64,000 nt of DNA from the human T2T-CHM13v2.0 reference genome, Homo sapiens, in assembly GCF_009914755.1 (NCBI RefSeq), contig NC_060937.1; one strand, 5' to 3'. A program made the position numbers and the translations under genes. The notes under the pieces were generated by a model that was given only the letters and a program-made list of their open reading frames with translations, ran no database searches and was not told where the DNA came from. Shown in pieces: positions 29,658 through 45,296 of the stretch; the stretch's first letter is position 1, and each line of letters opens with the position of its first letter.

Positions 29658-29799
29658 CTTTACAATCCACGCCAAGTTCTTCAATGAGCAATATAAACTT
29701 TTTGTAATTAGAGTAAGGTAGCTCACAACACTCTGAGGCTATTTCAGATGACCAAGTTAAGTCATCAAAGCCATCCACAGAATGGATTTGGTTTCTGAC
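29658..29799 (-). pseudogene. ANKRD26 exon-20 equivalent, open
   Basis: 142 bp; VRNQIHSVDGFDDLTWSSEIASECCELPYSNYKKFILLIEELGVDCK. Confidence 0.92.
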
Positions 29800-29959
29800 C
29801 TATGAAATAAATAACGACATATCAAAAATTTCCACAAATAATTAGAGCATGTACTAAATGTAAATAAGTGGTAATCACCCATCTTTTGATATGATCAAAA
29901 ATGTAGGTACAAGAACTGATTTTTGATTAAAGGATACCCTTATCAATAACTACTACTTT

Positions 29960-34600
<4,641 letters not shown>

Positions 34601-34724
34601 GCTGTTTCTAATTACTTTTTCAAAGTAAATGTCTTTACAATCACAGATTCTCTGTTTTTCACTTTACCTCTTATAATGTATTTTTTAACAATCATATTCA
34701 CGATAACATATTTTTTAACAATAC

Positions 34725-34758
34725 CTTGTCCTTCTCGTTAGATGTTTTCTTTGTAAGC
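34725..34758 (-). pseudogene. ANKRD26 exon-19 equivalent, open (34 bp)
   Basis: ttttAG|g LTKKTSNEKDK|GTatt. Confidence 0.88.
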
Positions 34759-34893
34759 CTAAAACAACAAACAGTTCATATCAGGCAAACAACAAATATG
34801 TAAAATACAAAGAATATCTAAAACTATTGTCTTGTGTATAAAATCTCTGTATTTGTATTTCTCCTATTCTTAAAGTTTACAGGTAATTTTTTT

Positions 34894-35182
34894 TTTCTTC
34901 TTTTGAGACACAGCCTTTCTCTGTCACCCAGGCTGGAGTGCAGTGGTGCGATCTCGGCTCACTGCAACCTCCACCTCTGGGTTCAAGCGATTCTCCTGCC
35001 TCAGCCTTCCAAATAGTTGGGATTACAGGCACGCGCCACCACACCTGGCTAATTTTTGTATTTTTAGTAGAGACGGGGTTTCACCATGTTGGTCAGGCTG
35101 GTCTTTACTCCTGACCTCGTGATCCACCTGCTTCGGCCTCCCAAAGTGCTGGGATTACAGGTGTGAGCCACTGCACCCAGCC
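34894..35182 (-). mobile_element. AluS (Sg/Sc-like)
   Basis: TSD TACAGGTAATTTTTTT at 34878 and 35183. Confidence 0.93.
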
Positions 35183-35499
35183 TACAGGTAATTTTTTTAC
35201 GGGGAATGGAAAATACAATTATTTTATACAAGGGAGATTAAACTACAAACAGAAGAAGCAATATTAAGGGACAAAGAAAATATACTACTAATTAATAATA
35301 CAACCAAAAATTAAATTTAGAGTAAGCTTTCTGACAGCCACAGCAAAAGGAAAAACAGGTTACTTGCATTATTTGATAAAAGATATATACTATTTTTTGT
35401 TATTATCATTTTTGATGAAAACAAGCTATTTGGAAAATATTACTTGTGTTCTTATATGAGAGAAACTCCCCTTAAATGATATTACTTAGCTTTTTCAGG

Positions 35500-35730
35500 C
35501 CTTACTAAGCAGTTTGGATGCTTTCTTCTAAGCAATGTACATCTCGTAAAAATGTACTTTAATTCTCACGGCAACTATGTGAGGTAGGTAACATATCAGC
35601 TATTTTATGAAGGAAGAAATCAGGGACAGAAAACTCATGTAACTTTCCCTAGCCCATACAGCTGGTCGGTAGCAGACCCAGCATTCAAACCCAGGAATTC
35701 TGGCTCTAAAACATGTGTTTCACAACATGC
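35500..35730 (-). mobile_element. MIR remnant
   Basis: aactatgtgaggtagg...gaaggaagaaatcagggacaga...attcaaacccagg core. Confidence 0.7.
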
Positions 35731-36897
35731 CATGAACTCAATATTTATTTTCAGCTGTTTTTAAGTGATATGATAGCACATTAATCCAGACTTTCATTCT
35801 ATTTCTGGCCAAAACTATAAGCAATATTTTCTGAATCTTGCAATTAAAAAAATACTAAGAACTTATAGCTAGGCAATTTTAGAAACCTACTTTCAATGAA
35901 CGAATAATTCAATTTTTCCTAAAGATCCATCAACAGGCATTCATTCATCTATTCAACTGTTTATTCCTGCATCCAACTAATGCTTCTTGAGCACACAATA
36001 CATGTCAGTTGGTCCAGGAAAATATGGTTGTTATACTTGAAAACTGTATAATCTAAGAGTAATAATCCTTGATAGATCATCAGTAGCTTGCTTTTCTATT
36101 GTACATAAACAAAATCATCCTCTTCTCCCCAGAAGCCAAACAGCTATAGAGTTGACATATCTGATATTTTTGAGTACCTCACCAAATCATAGCTATTTAT
36201 GATGCTACTGTCAAAGGCATTGTAATATATACAATCATCAAGAATTATGTAAATACTATTTAGTATGACCTAATGTTTGTACATTTATTATTACATTACT
36301 TTTAAAAATCTATCTACAATAGTTTAACTTTTCGGTCATCATTTTTATGTTCAATTTCATTAGAATATTCCATTTCCAACTCAATTCTGAAGGAACAACC
36401 TCTTACCATAAAATTATATATGAATAGAAGGAGGGAAAAGAATTAGTTTACTATAAATCTTTAAATAACACTGTATCAAGCTTTCTAACGCTTAGACATG
36501 CAAACCAAATTAAATCTCATAAGCATGCCCTTCTCTACCAGATCAATTACAAAAGAATACAAACATACTCTAAAAACTTCTATGTTAAAATAAAAGAAGA
36601 AAATACCCTTGAATCCCGTATTTCTCTTCACTAATTACCCACTTCTTTATTGCCTTTCTCAGACAATGTTCTCTCTAGAGATGTCTACTGTCATCCACTA
36701 GAGTCAGGGTTCCATGGTGACCATTTATTGAAACTGCTCCTTGTCAAACCCACTCATCCTTATCTTAATCAATCTTTCAGCAGCATTGCTACTGTTGAGT
36801 ATTCTGTAGCTTTGAAATATTTCACTGTTCTATTTTCAGAAAAAGTAATCACTGCTAACGTTCCTTTACAGAGAAATAAAGAACTTGTCAATTTTAC

Positions 36898-37068
36898 CTT
36901 CTTTCTTCCTCATCTATTTCAGTTAAACTGCTCTCATCAGTCACTTGCAGCAGATCAAGAGTTATTAAATCAGCCTTCTTAAATACTAGTGAAGTCACAG
37001 ATTCTGTTGTGGTCCATTCTTCATGTTCATTTTTCTTTACTTTCTTCATATGCAAGGCAGGGACACTA
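36898..37068 (-). pseudogene. ANKRD26 exon-18 equivalent, open, NAGNAG acceptor
   Basis: 171 bp; SVPALHMKKVKKNEHEEWTTTESVTSLVFKKADLITLDLLQVTDESSLTEIDEEER. Confidence 0.9.
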
Positions 37069-37102
37069 CTTCAAAAAATTCATTAAAAGGATAATGTTGT
37101 CT

Positions 37103-37936
37103 TTTTTATTTTATTTTATTATTATTATACTTTAAGTTTTAGGGTACATGTGCACAATGTGCAGGTTTGTTACATATGTATACATGTGCCATGTTGGTGT
37201 GCTGCACCCATTAACTCGTCATTTAGCATTAGGTATATCTCCAAATGCTATCCCTCCTCCCTCCCCCGACCCCACAACAGTCCCCAGTGTGTGATGTTCC
37301 CCTTTCTGTGTCCATGTGTTCTCATTGTTCAATTCCCACCTATGAGTGAGAACATGCGGTGTTTGGTTTTTTGTCCTTGCGATAGTTTGCTGAGAATGAT
37401 GGTTTCCAGTTTCATCCATGTCCCTACAAAGGACAAGAACTCATCATTTTTTATGGCTGCATAGTATTCCATGGTGTATATGTGCCACATTTTCTTAATC
37501 CAGTCTATCGTTGTTGGACATTTGGGTTGGTTCCAAGTCTTTGCTATTGTGAATAGTGCTGCAATAAACATACGTGTGCATGTGTCTTTATAGCAGCATG
37601 ATTTATAATCCTTTGGGTATATACCTAGTAATGGGATGGCTGAGTCAAATGGTATTTCTAGTTCTAGATCCCTGAGGAATTGCCACACTGACTTCCACAA
37701 TGGTTGAACTAGTTTACAGTCCCACCAACAGTGTAAAAGTGTTCCTATTTCTCCACATCCTCTCCAGCACCTGTTGTTTCCTGACTTTTTAATGATCGCC
37801 ATTCTAACTGGTGTGAGATGGTATCTCATTGTGGTTTTGATTTGCATTTCTCTGATGGCCAGTGATGATGAGCATTTTTTCATGTGTTTTTTTGACTGCA
37901 TAAATGTCTTCTTTTGAGAAGTGTCTGTTCATATCA
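37103..37936 (-). mobile_element. 5'-truncated L1PA3/4-like element
   Basis: 190-aa ORF2 C-terminus; TSD AAAAGGATAATGTT(G/T)TCT at 37085-37102 and 37937-37954. Confidence 0.96.
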
Positions 37937-38399
37937 AAAAGGATAATGTTTTCTAATAATTCTACAGACAAAAAATAATAAACCCAATTTTTATAAAACT
38001 GCAACTCTTTTCCATCTCAATTCATTTACTAATACAAAAACCTGTTATGAAGTACCAACAAAATACAAGGAAATGTATATTCTCTGCCTCAAAAGACAGG
38101 TAAATACACAATTATAATACAATGCAACATGTAACAGCTGATAAATGAAAAGTTATTTCTGAGCACAAAGAAGGCTTTACAGAAGCAGTAAAATATAAGG
38201 GAAGCACATGAGGAAAAAAGTACACGAAAATCATCCTACTTAGAGATCAGGATGTGAGCACAAAGACTGGGTACATGGCATCTAGGTGATTCTTAGGAAC
38301 CTGAAGAGAAAGTGTAAAATAGAAAGAAGCAAAAAAAAAAAAACAAAGATGCTTTTCTGTAAAGTTTTAATGAGCAGAAAGCATCTGGTTAAAGTCACC

Positions 38400-38800
38400 T
38401 TCCGCTTAGGAAAGGACTGACTGGTAGCCATGGCAACAAGTGGCTACCCAGAACCAGTTTTAAATCTACTCAGTCAATGACCACTGGCCTCATCCACCAA
38501 CCAATCAATGTCAGCTGCTTGCTTTTGATAGAGAAACAATCAGAGACAAACTCACTCCAATCAGTGAGCCTGGAAATGCCAACCAATCCACAACAATCTC
38601 ACTCTGATAACCATGCTGCTCCAGATGATATCAACCCATTTATTCCTTTAAAACTCAGCCAATTCTTCAACTCCACTCTTCCCAAAACCCTATGTAAGAT
38701 CAGCAGCTGCTCCATCAGAAGAGACTGTGCTTGACCAGCACATCTCTCCTACTATAGGTGGAAATGAATTCCAACCTTGCCTCTTTTTTTTCAATCACTG
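38400..38800 (+). promoter_or_regulatory. Ancient LTR-like segment with an RFX X-box and four CCAAT boxes
   Basis: GTAGCCATGGCAAC 38424-38437; CCAAT at 38501, 38557, 38583, 38659; TATA-like cctatgtaag near 38690. Confidence 0.45.
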
Positions 38801-39120
38801 AAGGCTTCTAACGCTTTAGGAAAATGTTTTCAACTCAATTACATCTACCACCCCTATATTTTATTTTGCTTAATAAAATACAAATGAAGTTTGCAATTCC
38901 TTTGATCCACAGTACCGTAGTTAAAACTATCATAATTACCAGAAAAAGAATAATTTGTGAATAACCACAATATTGGGCTTTTCTCCCTAGATGGAAAGAG
39001 CCAACAGAATCCAAAATATGCATATAACTTCCAGATAAAATTGTCAAAATGAACCCATATCAAATTGGTTTTTAAGTAAGAATCCATTTAATGTCTAAAT
39101 CAATATACCCAGGGTAAACT

Positions 39121-40520
39121 CCATTCACTCATTTAATAAATACTTATTAAGTTGATACATACTATCTGCTAGGCACTTTTCTAGGCACTGAGGGTACAGC
39201 AATAAATAGGAATCCCACTCAAGAGTGAAGTAAACACACAATAACAAATATAATTGATAGGCAAAATATATAGTATGCTAGAGGAGAAAAACTAAAGCAG
39301 GAAATGAAAGGTTTATGGGTCGGGGAGGAGGGCTGGTGGAAATAGTAGAATGACCAGAAAGGGTTTTGCTGAGAATGTGGCTGTTAGGCAAAGACCTGAA
39401 GGAATGGGAGGGTCAAGCCAGGAGGATATCTGAGGGAAAACCATCCCAGATAGAGTGAACTGCCAAGTACAGAGGTAAGTCTGGAGTGCTTCAGGAACAG
39501 CGAGAAGTTCAGTATGGTTGGAACGGAGCAAAAGGAATAGAAAAATAGATGTTTAAGTTGGAGAGCTAACAGGTCAGGTCACACATTGCCTTTTAGATAC
39601 TAGAACATTGGCATATATTCTGAGAGAAATGAGAGGCAATTAGGTTTTGAGCAGAGGAGTGCCATATATAACATGTTTTAACAGGTCCTCTGGGCTAAGA
39701 ATTAATAAACAGAGAACTAAGAAAAAGAAACAAGATCAACTGGCTTCCTGTAGGATCTAGTCTGTTACACTCATCGAGACAGAACATGGTAGTGGCTTGA
39801 ACATGGAAGATGGAAGGAAGACTGGCTTTTGGATATATTTTGAAGATAGGCTTCATAAGATGTGCTGACAGATTAGATGTCAGGTATCAGAGACAGAGAA
39901 AGAGAGAGGGAGATGAATCAAGGGTGACACCAAGGCTTATTGGCAGAGCAACTGGATGAGTTGCCATGTACCCAAGTAGGAAAGACTACCTGTGAGGAAG
40001 GTATGAAGAAGAGCATCAGAAGCCCGATTTTGGGCCTGACAAGTTTGCAATACTCAATAGGTGACCAAAGAGAGGCGTAAAGGAAGCAGTTTGATATTCA
40101 CGTCTGAAATTAAGGAGAGAGACCTGGGCTGGAGATACACATTTGGACATCATTCTCAATACACAGGGTAGTAACAGTCATGAGAAAGAAGACTGAGGAC
40201 TGAGTGGTGGGACATGTCAATGTGTGAAAGGTAGGGGATGAGGAGAAGCAAGCCAAACAGACTGTGATGGATGGACTAGAAAGGCAGGAGAAGCCAGGTG
40301 AGGGAGCGAGATCCTGAAAACCAAGAGAGGGAAGTGCTGAGGAGCAGAGAGTTAGAGAGTTCTCTGTTGAGTCAGGCGTTGCCGATAGGTTGAGTAAAAC
40401 GAGGTCTCAGAAATTAAGGCTGGATTTATTAAAGTGAAAATCAGTGGTAACCTTGAGAAAAACAATTTTGGAGGAGTGATGGGAGGGCAAATTACTGGAG
40501 TGACTTTTAGAGTGAATGGA
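39121..40520 (-). mobile_element. LINE-2 (L2a-like)
   Basis: cattcactcatttaataaatacttatt...aggcactgaggg 3' end; ttttgagcagaggagtg; gggctggagatacacatttgg. Confidence 0.85.
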
Positions 40521-41383
40521 AAGGAAATGTGAGCCCCTTGAGTAAGGCAGTTCTCTCAAGGTCATCATACCTAAGTGGCATGATCATGAACCATCTAATT
40601 TTCTTGCGGTTTAGCTGCATTTTTCGAATCTTATATGAGTATACAGTCTAACACTTTGAAGATCTTTTAAATTAAATACATATGGCATTTAAAAAATGCA
40701 AAACCAAGGTATTATAAGTTTATAAAATTACAGAACTAAAAAGACTACCTGAACATTTCTAGATTATGGAAGCTGATCATCATTTTGCTCATAGTTATAA
40801 TTAAATATCACAGAAAGACTAAAAGTTTCATGGGCAGTATTTTGTGCTTGATAAAAGCCATTCAACTCTAGGATATTTTATCCTCATCAAATATACAGAG
40901 TAATGACTCATATTAAAATACTGAGTTCCACAACAGGAATAAAAGGGGATCAATGAAGGAAACAATCTTATTATAGAAACTAAATTTTTGTAAATTATAT
41001 AATATGAAGTCCTTAACGTGTATGTATTCACACAAGTCATGGCTTCCTGTAGGATCTAGTCCCAGCACTGAAGGTGTCAGGTGAAAGGAATGACACACTA
41101 CTAAATTAACATTCAAGAAGAATTTACCAATTTCATTTACCCACAGCGTATGAGAATCCCTTTTTCCTCACATTTGTCAACACTGGTTATCATTTTTTAA
41201 TAAAATATTGATACAATTGAAAAAATGGTACCTCTTTTTTTCTGCATTTTTATGGTCAACAGGCAAGGCTGAATATCCCTTGTAAAAGTGTAAAATTTGT
41301 CAATCATGAATATTTGCCCAAATTTGGATTACTTTTATAGTACAGTGGAAATGATCTACTGTTAAATATTGCTGTAGGCTTAC

Positions 41384-41550
41384 CTATCACACTCTTCCTG
41401 CTCTGTCCTAGGAATTTGCTGACCATCAGTTTTTCCATTCTCTCCTTGTTGAATTAACCCATTATCAATACGGTCATCTGTGGAGACATCATGTAGGTTT
41501 CTTGATGCTTCTGTTTCATTCCTTGCATGTGTCTTCCTTTCTCCCTCCGC
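41384..41550 (-). pseudogene. ANKRD26 exon-17 equivalent, open
   Basis: 167 bp; AEGERKTHARNETEASRNLHDVSTDDRIDNGLIQQGENGKTDGQQIPRTEQEECD; GTaagc donor. Confidence 0.9.
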
Positions 41551-42116
41551 CTTTAGTGAAAGTTTCATAGATAGGATACTTGTTATCATTTTATTCATTG
41601 AAAAATTGTTCTGTTTTCATTGATTTTATCGCTTCACAGTTTAACTTTCACAATTTTAGTCATTAAAATATTTTGTACTTATGTTATCATTATATATAGG
41701 ATTATATATAGAATTATAAGATATAAGTAGCATAATTTTATCACTGACATTTGTATAAAGTTAGCTTCATTTCTGTGTGAGTGAATGTGACAGGATTTTC
41801 CAAAATTTCAAAAGGGCTCTTCTAAATTTTGTCCTTTTATTTCCATCCATTCTTTGCTACCTCATATGAATTTTCACCCATTTAACTGGGAAGAAACAGA
41901 AATAAAAAGACGAAGACACAAAATGTGTCATCTTCTGCCTTTTCCTCCTGGATTTTACATCAAACAGCCAGATTTAGAGGATGTGACATTTGGGGCTTCA
42001 GGAAGAGAAAGGAAGCTTTCCCCTTTCTTCACTAAGCTATTCTGTTTCCCACCACCTTTTATAATTCTTTTTTCTTTTGGCTCCTGGGATATCAAAAAAA
42101 GTGAAGGTGCTCACTG

Positions 42117-42118
<2 letters not shown>

Positions 42119-42192
<74 letters not shown>

Positions 42193-42202
42193 ACACCCAC
42201 AC
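42119..42202. repeat. Compound (AT)n(AC)n microsatellite
   Basis: ~20 AT units followed by ~20 imperfect AC units. Confidence 0.97.
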
Positions 42203-42816
42203 AATCGGCCCAAAGAACACCAGATGAATACTCTGAAAGACTATACCATGCCATATAGATATCAGACTGTCTAAAGTCAACAGGAACGAAAAAATCCTAC
42301 AATCATCAAGAAGAAAGCATCAAGTCATCTATAAAAGAAACCTGATGAAACTAACAGCCAACTTCTCAGCAGAAGTCTTACAAGGCAGAAGAGATTGGGA
42401 TCCTATTTTCACAATGCTTTCAGAAATAAACTGCCATCCAAGAATTTTCTCTCCAGCTAGAAAAAGCTTCATAAATGAAGGAGAACAAAAGTCTTTCCAA
42501 GACCAGCAAATGCTGAGAGTATTCTTCACCACTAGATCAGCCCTACAAGAAATGCTCAAAGAAGGCCTAAACATGGAAAACAGCTGTCAATGTTCATCAT
42601 CATAAAAACACACTGAAGTGTAAAATTCATAGCTGGTGTACAGTGGTTCATGCATACAATGTGAGCATTTTGGGAGGCCAAGGCAGGAGGATGACTTGAG
42701 GCCAGGGATTTGAGACCAGCCTGTGCTATGTAACAAGATGGCATTTCTACAAAAATCATTTAAAATAAATTAGCTGGGTGTGGTGTGTATGCCTGCAGTC
42801 CTAGCTACTTGGAGGC

Positions 42817-45296
42817 TTAGTAGGCAATTCTTATCTTGCTATAAAGGATTACCTGAGGCTGGTTAATTTACAAAAAAGGAAGTTTAATTGGCTCACAGTT
42901 CTGCAGGCTGTGCAGTAAGTGTGACATTAGCATCTGCTCCTGGTGAGAGCCTCAGGAAGCTTAAAATCACGGCAAAAGGCAAAGGGGAAGCAAGCACATC
43001 ACATAGCAAGAGTGAGAACAGGAGCATGAGGAGGGAGGTGCCACACACTTTGAAACAAGCAGCCCTCATGTGAACTCACTTAATAGCAAGGGGATGGGCT
43101 AAACCTTTCAGGAGCCAAATGCTCCCATCATCCAGTCATCTCCTATCAAGCCCCAACTCCAACACTGGGAATCATATTTCAATAGGAGGTTTAAAGGGGA
43201 CAAACTTCCAAGCCATATCATTCCACCTCTGGCCGCTCAAATCTCATGACCTTCTCAAATTTTGAAATATAATTTTGCATTCAAAAAGTTCCTCTAAGTC
43301 TTAACTCATTCCAGCACTAACTGAAAAGTCACAAGGCCCAAGTCCAAAGTTTCATTTGGAGATGAGTTCCTTACACCTATGAGCCTGTAAAATCAAAAAG
43401 AAGTTATTTACTTCCAAGATACAAGAATGCTACAGGCATTGGGCAACGATTCCCATTCCAAAAGGGAGCAATTGGCCAAAATTAAGGGGCAACAGGCCCC
43501 AGGCAAGTCAGAAACCCAGCAGGGAAGTCATTAAATCTTGAAGCTCTGAAATAATCCTTTTTCTGACTCCATGTCTCACATCCAAGGCACGTGGTTGCAA
43601 GGTGCGGGCCCCCAAGGCCTTTGACAACTCTGCTTCTGTAGCTTTGCAGGCTGCAGCCCCTATGGCTGCTCTCACATGTTAGAGTTGAATGCCTGTGGCT
43701 TTTCCAGGTGAAGGGTGCAAGATGCCAGTGGATCTACCATTCTGGGGTCTGGATGTCAGCAACCCGCTTCTGACAGCTCCGCTAGGTGGTACCACAGTGG
43801 GGACTTGGTGTGGGGAATCCAACCCCATATTTCCCTTTGGCATTGCCCTAGGAGAGGCTTTTTTTTCCCTGTGAGGACTCTGCTCCTGCAGCAGGCTTTT
43901 GCCTAGGCATCCCGGTTTTCCCATACATCCTCTGAAATCTAGGTGGAAGCCACCAAGCCTCCTTCACTCTTGGATTCTGTGCACCTGCAGGTTTAACAAC
44001 ATGTGGAAGCCACCAAGGCTTATGGCTTGTGTTCACTGGAGTGGCAGCCCAAGCTGTACCTGAGCCCCATTGAGCCACTGAAGCCAAAGTGGCATGGATG
44101 TGAGAAGCAGTGTCATGAGGCCAAGCAGAGTTAACAGGGCCCGGGCATGCCCCCTGAAACCATTATTTCTTCCTAGACCTCTGGGCCTGTGATGAAAGGG
44201 GCTGCTGGGAAGAGCTCTGAAACACCTTCAGGTCATTTTCCCCAACATTTTGGATATTAGAACTTGGCTATGTTTTAGTTATGATAATCTCTCTAACAAG
44301 TGGCTGTTCCACATCCCATTGTATTTCTCTCCTGAAAAGGCTTTTTCTTTCCCTATGACATGGCCAGGTTGTACATTTTCCAAGCTTTACACTTTGCTTC
44401 CAGTTTAAATACAAGTTGCAACTTTAAGCCATTCCTTTTCTCCTGTATCTGACTGTAGGCTGCTAGAAGCAGTCAGGCTATTTCTTGAACTCCTAGCTGC
44501 TTAGAAATCTCTTCTGTCAAATACCCTAAGTCATCATTTTTAAGTTCAATATCCACAGATCCCTAGGACTTGGGCACAATGCAGCCACATTTTTTCCTAA
44601 GGCATAACAAGGGTGATCTTTATTCCATTTCCCAACAACTTTTTCATTCCATCTAAGACCTGGCCTTCACTGCTCAGATTCCTATCACATTTTGGTTCTG
44701 ACCACTTAACAAGTCTCTAAGTTCCAAACTTTCTCTCATCTTCCTGTCTTCTGCTGAGCCCTCCAAACTCTGCCAGTCTCTGCTCACTGCCCAAACCCAA
44801 AGCTGCTTCTGGTTTTCTGGTATTTTTATTGTAACACCCAAACCCAAAGCTGCTTCTGGTTTTCTGGTATTTTTATTGTAACACCCAATCTTTGATACCA
44901 ATTTTCTGTGTTAGGCCATTTTTGGATTGTTATAAAGAAATACCTAAGGCTGGTTAATTTATAAAGAAAACAGCTTTAATTGGCTCATGGTTCTGCACAC
45001 TGTGCAGGAAACATGGTGCGAGGGCCACAGGAAGCTTACAGTCATGATGGAATGCAAAGGAAGTGCAGGTGTGGCACATGTTGAGTAGGAGAGCATGAAG
45101 GGGGGAAGTGCCACACACTTTCAAACAAGGATATGTAAACTCAGAGCAAGAACTCACTTTCACCAAAGGATGGGGTTAAACCATTCATGAGGGATCTGAC
45201 CCTATGATGCAAACGCCTCTTACCAGGCCCCCCTCCAACATCAGGAATCACATTTCAATATGAGATTTGAAGGGGACAAACATGCAAACTATATCA
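42817..45296 (-). mobile_element. Full-length MSTA/MSTB (ERVL-MaLR) element: LTR 44907-45296, internal region, LTR 42817-43220
   Basis: Two same-orientation LTRs ending ...atatca, ~1.7 kb MaLR internal sequence, 5-bp TSD GAGGC (42812-42816, 45297-45301). Confidence 0.92.
44790..44888. repeat. Perfect 47-bp tandem duplication
   Basis: cccaaacccaaagctgcttctggttttctggtatttttattgtaaca twice, then cccaa. Confidence 0.95.

Noticed and set aside
42077-42280. ORFs with IYIYIY/THTHTH or CVCVCV runs
   Set aside because: Translation of the (AT)n(AC)n microsatellite.
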